This document shows, piece by piece, positions 41,734 to 52,266 of a stretch of DNA of 64,000 bases. The notes below the pieces were generated by a model, which worked only from the letters and a program-made list of their open reading frames with translations, searched no databases and was not told the origin of the DNA. The translations under genes and the position numbers were made by a program. How positions within the stretch are numbered: position 1 is the first letter of the stretch; each line of letters starts with the position of its first letter. The stretch spans positions 1,017 through 65,016 of the forward strand of contig VSCH01000016.1 in the NCBI GenBank assembly GCA_047459075.1. Reading direction: 5' to 3'. Origin of the DNA: Acidimicrobiia bacterium (lineage in GTDB: Bacteria > Actinomycetota > Acidimicrobiia > Acidimicrobiales > VFJN01).

Positions 41734-43146
41734 ATGGCCGACCGTCCCCCCTACCACATGACCCCCGACGAGTTCCGGCGGTGGGGGCGTGCCGTCGTCG
41801 ACTGGGTGGCCGACTACTGGGCGACCGTCGAGCGGCACCGCGTCGTGCCGGAGGTCGAGCCCGGGGAGGTGCGCTCGTGGCTGCCGCCGGCGCCGCCCGA
41901 GGCCCCCGAGCCGTTCGAGGAGGTGCTCGCCGACCTCGACCGGGTCGTCCTGCCGGGCACGACCCACTGGCAGCACCCCGGCTTCCACGCCTACTTCCCC
42001 GCCAACACCTCGGGCCCGGGCGTCCTCGCCGACATCGTGTCCGGCGGGCTCGCCACCCAGGGGATGCTGTGGCAGACCGGCCCGGCCCTCACCGAGGTCG
42101 AGGCCCACGTCCTCGACTGGCTCGTCGACCTGCTGGGGCTGCCCGAGCGGTTCCGCTCGACGGGCGCCGGCGGCGGGGTCATCCAGGACTCGGCGTCGTC
42201 CGCCACCCTGTGCGCCCTCGTCGCCGCCCGCGAGCGGGCCCTGGCCCGCGGCGCCGCCCTCGACCGGCTGGTCGTCTACTCGTCGGAGCACGCCCACTCG
42301 TCGCTGGAGAAGGGCGCCCGGGTGGCCGGGCTGCGGCCCGAGAACGTGCGCCTGCTCGACGTCGACGACACCTTCGCCCTGCGCCCCGACGCCCTCGAGG
42401 CGGCGATCGAGGCCGACACCGCCGCCGGCCTGGTGCCCTGCCTCGTCATGGCCACGATCGGCACGACCAGCTCGCTGGCGGTCGACCCGCTGCCCGCCGT
42501 CGGGCCGATCGCCGCCCGGGCCGGCGCCTGGTTCCACGTCGACGGCGCCATGGCCGGCTCCGCGGCCGTGTGCCCCGAGCACCGCGACCAGCAGGCGGGC
42601 CTCGAGCACGCCGACAGCTACGTGTTCAACCCCCACAAGTGGCTGTTCACGACCTTCGACTGCTCGTGCCTGTTCGTCGCCGACCGGGCGCCGCTGGTCG
42701 AGGCCCTGTCGATCCTCCCCGAGTACCTGCGCAACGCCGCGTCGGAGTCGGGGAGGGTCGTCGACTACCGGGACTGGCAGATCCCCCTCGGGCGCCGGTT
42801 CCGGGCGCTGAAGCTCTGGTTCGTCCTGCGCTGGTACGGCGCCGAGGGGCTGCGCCACCACGTGCGCGAGCACGTCCGGCTCGCCGGCGAGCTGGCCGGG
42901 CGGATCGAGCGCGACCCGCGGCTGGAGCTGGCGGCCCCGGCCCGGCTCAACCTCGTCTGCTTCCGCCACGTCGACGGCGACGAGGCGACGCAGCGCCTGC
43001 ACGAGGCGCTGAACGCCACCGGGCGGGTCTACCTCACCCACACGAGGCTGGCCGGCCGCTACGTCGTCCGGGCCGCCATCGGGGCCTGGACGACCGAGCA
43101 ACGCCACGTCGACGCGCTGTGGGAGCTGATCGACGAGCTGGCGTGA
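41734..43146 (+). CDS. Pyridoxal-dependent (group II) aromatic-L-amino-acid decarboxylase-like enzyme
   Basis: HWQHPGFHAYFPANTSGPGVLADIV, GGGVIQDSASSATL, PLP-lysine motif FNPHKWLFTTFDCSCLFV, DYRDWQIPLGRRFRALKLW. Confidence 0.85.
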   Translation: MADRPPYHMTPDEFRRWGRAVVDWVADYWATVERHRVVPEVEPGEVRSWLPPAPPEAPEPFEEVLADLDRVVLPGTTHWQHPGFHAYFPANTSGPGVLADIVSGGLATQGMLWQTGPALTEVEAHVLDWLVDLLGLPERFRSTGAGGGVIQDSASSATLCALVAARERALARGAALDRLVVYSSEHAHSSLEKGARVAGLRPENVRLLDVDDTFALRPDALEAAIEADTAAGLVPCLVMATIGTTSSLAVDPLPAVGPIAARAGAWFHVDGAMAGSAAVCPEHRDQQAGLEHADSYVFNPHKWLFTTFDCSCLFVADRAPLVEALSILPEYLRNAASESGRVVDYRDWQIPLGRRFRALKLWFVLRWYGAEGLRHHVREHVRLAGELAGRIERDPRLELAAPARLNLVCFRHVDGDEATQRLHEALNATGRVYLTHTRLAGRYVVRAAIGAWTTEQRHVDALWELIDELA

Positions 43147-43233
43147 CCGCCGCCGTGCATCGGCGGGGCGGGGGCGGTCGGTAGACTTCGACCTTCTCCC
43201 GGAACGGATCCGAGCGCCGAGGTGGTGGCCGTC

Positions 43234-44342
43234 ATGGCCGAGGTCGAGATCGGGTTGGGCAAGACGGCGAAGCGGGCCTACCGCCTCGACGACGTCGCCA
43301 TCGTGCCCAACCGCCGCACCCGCGACCCCGAGGACGTCGACATCTCCTGGGAGATCGACGCCTACCGGTTCGAGGTGCCGATCCTGGGCGCGCCCGCCGA
43401 CAGCGTCACCTCGCCGGCCACCGCCGTCGAGCTGGGTCGGCTGGGCTCGGCCGGGGTGCTGCACCTCGAGGGGCTGTGGACCCGCTACGAGGACCCCGAG
43501 CCGGTGCTCGACGAGATCGCGTCGCTGCCGCCGGCCAAGGCGACGGCCCGGCTGCAGGAGCTGTACGCCGAGCCGGTCCGCCCGGAGCTGATCGGCCGGC
43601 GCATCGCCGAGATCAAGGACGCCGGGGTCACCTGCGCCGTCGCGGTCACCCCCGGCCGCACCCTCGAGCTGGCCGACGCCGTGCTCGAGGCCGAGCCCGA
43701 CCTGCTCGTCATCCAGGCGGCGATCGTCTCGGCCGAGCACGTGTCCCGCCGGGTCGAGCCGCTCAACCTCAAGGCCTTCATCCGCCACTACGAGATCCCG
43801 GTGCTCGTCGGGGGCTGCACCTCGTACCAGACGGCGCTGCACCTCATGCGCACCGGGGCCGCCGGCGTGCTCGTCGGGGCCGGGTCCGGGGCCGCGACCG
43901 TCACCCGCGAGGTGCTCGGCGTCGGCGTGCCGCTGGCCACGGCGCTGGCCGACGCCCGGGCGGCCCGCATGCGGCACCTCGACGAGACCGGCGTCTACTG
44001 CCACGTCATCGCCGACGGCGGCATCACGACCGGCGGCGACATCGCCCGGGCGGTCGCCTGCGGCGCCGACGCCGTCATGGTCGGCACGCCGTTCGCCGCC
44101 GCGACCGAAGCCCCGGGGCGGGGCTGGCACTGGACGATGCCCGCCACCCACCCGACGCTGCCCCGCGGCGAGCGGGTGCGGGTCGAGCCCCAGGGCACGC
44201 TCGAGCAGATCCTCCACGGCCCGGCCCACGACGCCTCGGGCAGCGTGAACCTCACCGGGGCCCTGCGCCGGGCGATGGCGCTATGCGGGTTCGAGACGCT
44301 GAAGGACCTGCAGAAGGCCGACCTCGTCGTCGTGGGGGACGA

Positions 44343-44346
<4 letters not shown>
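43234..44346 (+). CDS. guaB3: GuaB3-type IMP dehydrogenase-related protein (no CBS domains)
   Basis: ORF 43222..44346. ATG 43234 gives [49 protein letters not shown], which matches mycobacterial GuaB3 N-termini as I recall them. Confidence 0.85.
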
Positions 44347-45902
<1,556 letters not shown>

Positions 45903-45908
45903 GCCGCC

Positions 45909-47993
45909 TCAGTCGCCCGCGGCGACGGGGGAGGGGGCGCCCGCGGCGCTCGGCGCCTCGACGGCCGCCGGCACCGGCACGCCCAGCTGCCGCCGGCCGG
46001 TGAGGAAGGCGATGCCGTAGAGCACGCCGACCACGATCAGCAGCGTGCGGTAGCCGACGAGCAGTGACATGTACTCGAGGATGCCGCCGAACATCGACCC
46101 CAGCAGGTTGGCGCCGAAGGCGGTCGCCGAGGCGCTGGTCGACTTGAACCGCTGGGCGAACACGAGGTTGGCGGTGAAGATCGGCAGGAAGGCCAGCGTC
46201 ACCGCCGCCAGGAAGCGGGGGAGGAACGGCAGCTCGAGCAGGGCGCTGGGCGGCACCGCCCAGGCCAGCGCCAGCCCGGCCAGCAGCAGGACGTAGAGGC
46301 GCTGGGGCCGGCGGAAGCTGACCTTCTGCGACAGCAGCACGGCCGCCAGCACGCTGAGCATGACCCCGAGGAAGACCAGGGCGTTGACGAACCAGGTCGT
46401 GCCGAAGAGCAGGGCGAACTGGACGACGCTCTTCGTCTCGAGCAGCAGGAACGCCGCGCCCATGCAGAACAGGTCGGTGTAGCGGAGCATCGGCCGCACC
46501 GGCCCGCCCACGCCCCGGATGGCGACCGCGGAGAACAGCAGGATCAGCCCGATCGTCACCAGGTAGAAGCCCGGCATCGACCGGGTGCGCAGGTAGGGGA
46601 AGGGGTGGTCGTCGGTGGACGGGGCCGGCGTGTCGGCGGGCCGCTCCCACAGGGCCTGCCGGGGGCCGTCGCAGGGGATGGCCTCGGGGTCCTCGGAGAC
46701 GGTCAGGACCGCCAGGTGCGACGGGTCGTCCTCGTCGCCCGGCGAGAGGCGCTCGATGCACGGGGGCCGCCCGAAGACCTCCTCGAGGGTGCCGGCGTAC
46801 CGGTCCACCAGCCACCCCTCGCGGTAGTAGTTGTACATCGAGAACACGCCGCCCTCGGTGAGGTGGTCCTTGGCGGACTCGATGGCCTCGCGGGTGAACA
46901 GGTAGCTCTCGAGCCGCACCGAGGCCTGGCCGGTCACCAGGGTCAGCGAGTCGGGCAGGGCGAGCAGGATGCGGTCCCACGTCTCGTCGGTGCGCTCGAG
47001 GAAGGCGCGGCCGTCGTCGATGTGGACCTCGACCCGCTCGTCGTCGTAGGGCCGGTCGGGGTGGTCCTCCTTGCCCAGCTCGTAGATCTTGCGGTCGATC
47101 TCGACGGCGTCGACGTGCTCGGCCCCGTTCTGCAGCGCGGCGGCCACGTCGTTGCCGCCGCCCGCGCCGATGATGAGCACCCGGCGGGGCTGGGTGCCCG
47201 CCGCCTGGGCGTAGTTCGACCCGTAGAGGGGGTTGTCGGCCACCGGCAGGGTCGACTGGTGGGGGACCTCGTTGACCTTGGCCATGTAGCCGCCGTAGGG
47301 GGCGTCCTCCTGCTCGACCTTGTAGTAGGGCGACCACCACGTGCGCTCCTCCAGCGACTCGATGCCGAGGAGCGCGATCACGACGGCGACGGCGGCCACG
47401 GTCACCAGGCGCACCTTGGGCAGCGACACCAGGACGAGCACCGCCCCGGCGACGGTGCCCCAGGCCACCGGGGGCAGGCCGAGGAACGACAGCGCCGTGA
47501 CGCCGAGGATGCCGAGGACGCTGCCGATGAGGTCGAGCTTGTAGGCCTCGAGCGGCGGGAACGTCTTGAACGTCCGGGCGACGCCGTCGGTGATGAACAT
47601 GAGCAGCGTCGCCACCGTCACGAAGATCACCGGCAGGACGACCTCGCGGGGCGGCCCGGTGATCGTCGGCTCGTTGAAGAAGATGAGGTCGCTGCCCTCG
47701 ACGTCGATGTCGATGGGCGCCAGCCGGATGAAGGCGACGAACAGCGCCAGCACGACCGGCGCGTAGGGGAACAGCGGCCGGCCGCCCCGCCCGGCCCACA
47801 GGAAGCCGAGGCCGACGCCGAGGAAGCTGCCGAGCAGGACGAGGTTCGAGAAGTAGGCCAGGTAGACGACGTTGGCCCCCGACCAGCGGATGACCGCCAG
47901 CTCGACGAACAGCATGAGGAAGCTGAGCAAGACGAGCCGCGGGCGGTCGCTGATGAGGCGCGTCGGCTCGTCGGTCTGCGGTGCGTCGGTCAA
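45909..47993 (-). CDS. Polytopic membrane protein with a central spermidine-synthase-like (class I methyltransferase-fold) domain
   Basis: About 7 N-terminal TM helices, then a soluble domain VLIIGAGGGNDVAAAL, DAVEIDRKI, HIDDGRAFL, ILLALPDS, then about 6 more C-terminal TM helices. Confidence 0.7.
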   Translation of the reverse strand: MTDAPQTDEPTRLISDRPRLVLLSFLMLFVELAVIRWSGANVVYLAYFSNLVLLGSFLGVGLGFLWAGRGGRPLFPYAPVVLALFVAFIRLAPIDIDVEGSDLIFFNEPTITGPPREVVLPVIFVTVATLLMFITDGVARTFKTFPPLEAYKLDLIGSVLGILGVTALSFLGLPPVAWGTVAGAVLVLVSLPKVRLVTVAAVAVVIALLGIESLEERTWWSPYYKVEQEDAPYGGYMAKVNEVPHQSTLPVADNPLYGSNYAQAAGTQPRRVLIIGAGGGNDVAAALQNGAEHVDAVEIDRKIYELGKEDHPDRPYDDERVEVHIDDGRAFLERTDETWDRILLALPDSLTLVTGQASVRLESYLFTREAIESAKDHLTEGGVFSMYNYYREGWLVDRYAGTLEEVFGRPPCIERLSPGDEDDPSHLAVLTVSEDPEAIPCDGPRQALWERPADTPAPSTDDHPFPYLRTRSMPGFYLVTIGLILLFSAVAIRGVGGPVRPMLRYTDLFCMGAAFLLLETKSVVQFALLFGTTWFVNALVFLGVMLSVLAAVLLSQKVSFRRPQRLYVLLLAGLALAWAVPPSALLELPFLPRFLAAVTLAFLPIFTANLVFAQRFKSTSASATAFGANLLGSMFGGILEYMSLLVGYRTLLIVVGVLYGIAFLTGRRQLGVPVPAAVEAPSAAGAPSPVAAGD

Positions 47994-48090
47994 CGTGCCC
48001 CCCCGGCGGCGGGTCTCCCCATGCGGTGTGACCCGGACACGCTAGACCCTGGGTGACGGGCGCGCCCAAGGGAGCGCGCCGGGTGGCGGC

Positions 48091-48978
48091 TCAGGCGAGC
48101 GGGCGGCCGAAGGGCTTCTCGCCGGTCCAGGTGGCGAGGAACGCCTCCGCGCGCTGGACGGCGGCCAGCCACATCCCGGTGCCGTGCTCGGCCAGCTCGG
48201 AGCACGCCCGGTGGACACGCTGCACCGGGTCGCCACCGTCGGCGTCGAAGCGGGCGAGCAGCGGCGCAGCCGTGGACAGGAAGTCGGGGATGACCACCCG
48301 GTCCGACTTGCGCAGCACCGCGAAGGCCCGCGCCGTGACGGGCACGGGGGTGAGCGGGACGATGGTGCGGGCCTGGACCACCGCGGCGGTCGGGTGGTCG
48401 AGGACGCCGGCCTTGCCGGCGACGAACAGCACGTCGCACGCCGCGTCGTAGCGGGGCTCGGCGAGGGTGGCGCCCGCCTTCGCGAGCTGGGCGGTGGCGG
48501 CCTCGGCGACCGGGCCGGTGCCGACGACGGCGGCGGTGCGCCAGTCGTGGGGCCCGGCCACCCGCCCGGCGGCGAGCGCACCGGCGGCGGCGAGCTCGGG
48601 GTCGGGCGGCTCCCAGCCGAGCGGGGCGAGGTCCTCGGCGGTCATGCCGGTGCCCGGCCAGAGGACGAGCGAGCCGGCCTCGGCCCGGGGGCGCACCTCG
48701 TCGACGAACGCCGCCACGGCGTCGGCCCGCTGGTCGACCTTGGCGTTGATGCCGGCCGAGGCCCCGGCGTGGCCGGCGACGCCGAACGCGGCGAACGCGT
48801 AGGTCACCGAGCGGGCCAGCAGCACGGCGCCGTCGCGCAGCACCTTGGGCGCGAGGCGCACGACGCCGACGGAGGTCGTCGCGTCGTCGAGGTCGGTGAC
48901 GACGAACCCGTCGGTGCCGGTCAGCTTGTCCACCTTCACGGGCGCCGATCCTTGCAAGCCGCGCCCGGCCACCGCCAC
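48091..48978 (-). CDS. Glu/Leu/Phe/Val-dehydrogenase-like protein, probably catalytically degenerate
   Basis: LLARSVTYAFAAFGVAGHAGASAGI aligns by eye with the [23 protein letters not shown] region of leucine dehydrogenases, but both Lys are replaced. Rossmann-like VVGTGPVAEAATAQLAKAGA. Start is GTG 48978 or GTG 48939. Confidence 0.45.
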   Translation of the reverse strand: MAVAGRGLQGSAPVKVDKLTGTDGFVVTDLDDATTSVGVVRLAPKVLRDGAVLLARSVTYAFAAFGVAGHAGASAGINAKVDQRADAVAAFVDEVRPRAEAGSLVLWPGTGMTAEDLAPLGWEPPDPELAAAGALAAGRVAGPHDWRTAAVVGTGPVAEAATAQLAKAGATLAEPRYDAACDVLFVAGKAGVLDHPTAAVVQARTIVPLTPVPVTARAFAVLRKSDRVVIPDFLSTAAPLLARFDADGGDPVQRVHRACSELAEHGTGMWLAAVQRAEAFLATWTGEKPFGRPLA

Positions 48979-49006
48979 CCGGTGCCGGTCGGCGGTGGCC
49001 GGGCCG

Positions 49007-50737
49007 TCAGCCGCCGGACAGCTCCTCGTCGATGTAGGCGACGACCGCCTCGATCTCCTCGGGGCTCAGCTCGTCCTCCCAGGCCGGCATGCGCCCCCGG
49101 CCCTCGCGGACGACCTCGATCTGCTCCTCGACGGTCAGCCGGTCGCCGATCCCCTCGAACCCGGGGCCGACGCCGCCCTGGCCGGAGCCGCCGTGGCAGG
49201 TGGCGCAGTTGCCCCGGTAGATCTCGGCGCCGTCGGGCCCGTCCCCGCCGTCGCCGCCGGTCGCGAGGTCGCCGTCGTCGCCCTCGCCCTCGGCGAGGCG
49301 GAAGGCGGCGATGCCGCCGTCCGCGCCCTCGGGGGCGCCGGCCAGCCACCAGCCCCAGCCGGCGTAGACGGTGCCCTCGACCACGGCGACGCCCCCGGCG
49401 GCGGGGAAGTCGACCTCGTGGCGCCACAGCCGCTCGCCGTCCTCGGCGGCGTAGGCGGCGACGCCCCCGGCGTCGTCGGCCAGGTAGAGGACGTCGTTGG
49501 CCCAGGTGACGGGCCCGGTGACGTGGGCTCCGACCTCGGTGCGCCACACCTCCTCGCCGGTGTCGGCGTCGAGGGCGAACAGGACGGCGTCCTGGCTCGC
49601 CTCGTTGGAGGCGACGTAGATCGTCCCGTCGGCGACGGCGGCGGAGGCCATGACCCCGCCCTGGAGGCCGCCCTCGGTCAGGTGCCGCTCCCAGAGGACC
49701 TCGCCGGTCTCGCGGTCCAGCGCCCGGTAGGTGCCGGCCTTGTCGCCGACGCCCACGGCGTCGACGCCGTCGACCGTGAACAGGTTGGGCATGGCGCCGA
49801 CGTCGGCGTCCGCGCCGGTGGGGTCGCGGATCGTCCAGGTGTCGCCGGCGGTGAACTGCGTCGCCCACACCTCCTCGCCGGTCTCCAGGTCGAGCGCCAC
49901 CAGCGCGTCGCTGCGGGGCGGCGCCGGGGGCGCGTAGCCCTGGCCGGTGCCCACGTAGAGCACCCCCCGCTCGGTGTCGACGGCCGGCGACGACCAGACG
50001 GACACGCCGGGGCCCTCGGTGGCGTCCCCGGCGGTCGTCCAGAACCGCCACCGCTCCTCGCCGGTCTCGGCGTCGAGGGCGACGACCGAGCCCCGGAAGG
50101 TCGACGGGTCGCCGGGGGCGAAGACCTCGTAGCTGCCGACGCCGGCGACGACCAGGCCGTCGACGACGATCGGCGACCCGAACACGACGGCCTTCGGGTG
50201 CTCGTCGAGGTCGGTCTCCCAGATGACCTCGCCGCTGGTGCGGTCCAGCGCCACCAGCCGGGCGTCGAAGGTGCCGGCCAGGACCCGGTCGCCGTCGACG
50301 GCCACCGAGCCGCCGACGTAGCCGGGGCCGACCGGCTGCGCCCACAGCTCCTCGCCGGTGGCCGCGTCCAGCGCCCGGACGTGCCCGGTCCAGTCGCCGA
50401 GGTAGACGGTGCCGTCGACGACGGCGGGCGTGCCGCTCACGCCGGCGAGGCCGGTGACCTCCCAGGCCGGGGCGAGCTCGCCGACGTTGCCCGGCCCGAT
50501 GACCGCCTCGTCCTCGACCGCCCGGGTGTTGGCCAGGTCGTAGCCGACCCGCACCCACTCGACGGCCGGGGTGTCGCCGGCGGCGTCCTCGCCGCCCTCG
50601 CCGTCCCCGCCGCCGCAGGCCACCAGCCCGGCGACGAGGGCGACGAGCGCCGCGACCGCCGGCCCCCGGCGGGCCGGCCGGCCCGGGGCGCCGCGGCGGG
50701 GGGTGCAGGGGTCGTCGTGCTGCCCTCGGAGTCCCAC
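49007..50737 (-). CDS. PQQ-like beta-propeller lipoprotein fused to a C-terminal class I c-type cytochrome domain
   Basis: ORF 49007..50875 (-). Start tentatively GTG 50737 (alternative ATG 50818). Lipobox LVAGLVACGG. Repeated blades (ALDAATGEELW, ALDRTSGEVIW, ALDAETGEERW, ALDLETGEEVW, ALDRETGEVLW, ALDADTGEEVW, YAAEDGERLW). C-terminal heme motif CATCHG (about 49192-49206) with GRMPAW as the axial-Met region. Confidence 0.7.
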   Translation of the reverse strand: MGLRGQHDDPCTPRRGAPGRPARRGPAVAALVALVAGLVACGGGDGEGGEDAAGDTPAVEWVRVGYDLANTRAVEDEAVIGPGNVGELAPAWEVTGLAGVSGTPAVVDGTVYLGDWTGHVRALDAATGEELWAQPVGPGYVGGSVAVDGDRVLAGTFDARLVALDRTSGEVIWETDLDEHPKAVVFGSPIVVDGLVVAGVGSYEVFAPGDPSTFRGSVVALDAETGEERWRFWTTAGDATEGPGVSVWSSPAVDTERGVLYVGTGQGYAPPAPPRSDALVALDLETGEEVWATQFTAGDTWTIRDPTGADADVGAMPNLFTVDGVDAVGVGDKAGTYRALDRETGEVLWERHLTEGGLQGGVMASAAVADGTIYVASNEASQDAVLFALDADTGEEVWRTEVGAHVTGPVTWANDVLYLADDAGGVAAYAAEDGERLWRHEVDFPAAGGVAVVEGTVYAGWGWWLAGAPEGADGGIAAFRLAEGEGDDGDLATGGDGGDGPDGAEIYRGNCATCHGGSGQGGVGPGFEGIGDRLTVEEQIEVVREGRGRMPAWEDELSPEEIEAVVAYIDEELSGG

Positions 50738-50816
50738 GCGCCGGACCGTAGTCGGGGGCCTGCCGGGCGACCGGTGCCCGGTTGGCGCGGCCGCCCCGGT
50801 CGCGCATGCTCGGTGC

Positions 50817-51569
50817 ATGATCCACATCGGCATCGTCGGCGACCACGACCCGGCCCAGGAGACCCACGTCGCCACCGAGGACGCCCTCGGGCACGCCGCC
50901 GTCGACCTCGGCCTCGGGGTGGAGCCGGCGTGGGTCGCGACGGACGAGGTCGGCGACCCGCCCGACGAGCTGGTCGCCTTCGACGGCCTGCTGATCGCCC
51001 CCGGGAGCCCCTACCGCGACCCGGAGGGCGCGCTGCGGGCGATCGAGCACGCGCGGACCCGCGACGTGCCGCTGCTCGCCACCTGCGCCGGGATGCAGCA
51101 CGTCGTGGTCGAGCTGGCCCGCCACGTCCTCGGCGTCGCGGACGCCCACCACGCGGAGTACGAGCCCGAGGGGGCGACGCCGGTGGTGACGCCGCTCGCC
51201 TGCTCGCTGGCCGGGCGGACGCAGGAGGTCGAGGTCCGGCCGGGCACCCGGGCGGCGGCGGCCTACGGCACCGCCTCGGCCGCCGAGCGGTACGCCTGCC
51301 GCTTCGGCCCCGACCCGGCGGTGGTCGGCGAGCTCGCCCGGGCCGGCGTCGTGGTCAGCGGCACCGACGCCGAGGGGGCGCCGCAGATCCTGGAGCTGCC
51401 GGACCGGCGGTTCTTCGTGGCGACGCTGTTCGTGCCCCAGCTCCGCAGCACGCTCGTGCACCCGCACCCGCTGGTGTCGGCCTTCGTGGCGGCGGCCGCG
51501 GAGGCGGCCCGGGGGGACGACGAGGGGACGTCCGAGCCGACGGTCGTGGTCCGCCGGGCGAGCGGGTGA
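50817..51569 (+). CDS. Stand-alone CTP-synthase-C-terminal-like class I glutamine amidotransferase domain protein
   Basis: In frame with ORF 50571..51569. ATG 50817 gives MIHIGIVGDHDP. Nucleophile motif LLATCAGMQ (compare GICLGMQ). C-terminus FFVATLFVPQLRS...HPLVSAFVAAA aligns with the PyrG segment FVACQFHPEF...HPLFAGFVKAA. Confidence 0.7.
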   Translation: MIHIGIVGDHDPAQETHVATEDALGHAAVDLGLGVEPAWVATDEVGDPPDELVAFDGLLIAPGSPYRDPEGALRAIEHARTRDVPLLATCAGMQHVVVELARHVLGVADAHHAEYEPEGATPVVTPLACSLAGRTQEVEVRPGTRAAAAYGTASAAERYACRFGPDPAVVGELARAGVVVSGTDAEGAPQILELPDRRFFVATLFVPQLRSTLVHPHPLVSAFVAAAAEAARGDDEGTSEPTVVVRRASG

Positions 51570-51579
51570 CCGCGGACGG

Positions 51580-52191
51580 TCAGCCGCGGGGCGGCTGCTT
51601 CAGCGCGGACTCGAGGACGGCCGCCACCGAGGCCGCGTAGGGGCTGGTGGCGTCGAGGCCCAGCTGCACGACCGACATGAGCAGCGACATGACGATGGCC
51701 ACCATGCCCTCGGCCATCGTCGCGGGGTCGACGTCCGGCCGGACGATGCCGGCGACCTGGTCGGCGGCCAGGCGCTCGGCGGCCGCCTTGCGCAGCTCCT
51801 CCAGGGCCGGGACGTGGAGGACCCGGGGCGTGACCTCGGGCTCGAGGCCGGCGAGGAGGCGGCGGGCCAGCGGGTGCCGTTCGACGGCCTCCAGGAGCCC
51901 GACGAGGAGCACGTCCTGCCAGTCGAGCTGGCCCGGCTCGTCGAAGGCGCCGGAGAGCGCCTCGTGGATGACCGCCGCCGCGTCCTCGTCGACGGCGGCG
52001 AGGAACAGCGCCTCCTTGTTGGGGAAGTAGGCGTAGGGCACCGTGCCCCCGACGCCCGCTTCCCGGGCGATGTCGGCCACCGACGTGGCCCGGTACCCGT
52101 CGCGGCCGAAGCGCGCCACGGCGGCCCGCAGGATGTCGCGTCGGGTCTGCTCGCCCTTCGTGCGGGGCGGTGGAGCGGAGGTGGGCGCCAT
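51580..52191 (-). CDS. TetR-family transcriptional regulator
   Basis: Inside ORF 51580..53031 (-). ATG 52191 gives MAPTSAPPPRTKGEQTRRDILRAAVARFGRDGYRATSVADIAREAGVGGTVPYAYFPNKEALF (TetR HTH). Confidence 0.85.
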   Translation of the reverse strand: MAPTSAPPPRTKGEQTRRDILRAAVARFGRDGYRATSVADIAREAGVGGTVPYAYFPNKEALFLAAVDEDAAAVIHEALSGAFDEPGQLDWQDVLLVGLLEAVERHPLARRLLAGLEPEVTPRVLHVPALEELRKAAAERLAADQVAGIVRPDVDPATMAEGMVAIVMSLLMSVVQLGLDATSPYAASVAAVLESALKQPPRG

Positions 52192-52219
52192 CGTCGGCCC
52201 CGACGGTAGCAGACAGAAA

Positions 52220-52244
52220 TTGAGAATTTTGCTCAAACTCTCAA
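52220..52244. promoter_or_regulatory. AT-rich operator-like repeats in the TetR/hydrolase divergent intergenic region
   Basis: TTGAG-aattttg-CTCAA palindrome (52220-52236) plus a third CTCAA at 52240-52244. By eye this is the most AT-rich stretch of the window. Confidence 0.4.
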
Positions 52245-52254
52245 ATCGCCGTGC

Positions 52255-52260
52255 TAGGGT
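52255..52260 (+). promoter_or_regulatory. Candidate -10 hexamer 6 nt upstream of ATG 52267 (leaderless arrangement)
   Basis: TAGGGT, then cgaagc, then ATG. Confidence 0.35.
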
Positions 52261-52266
52261 CGAAGC

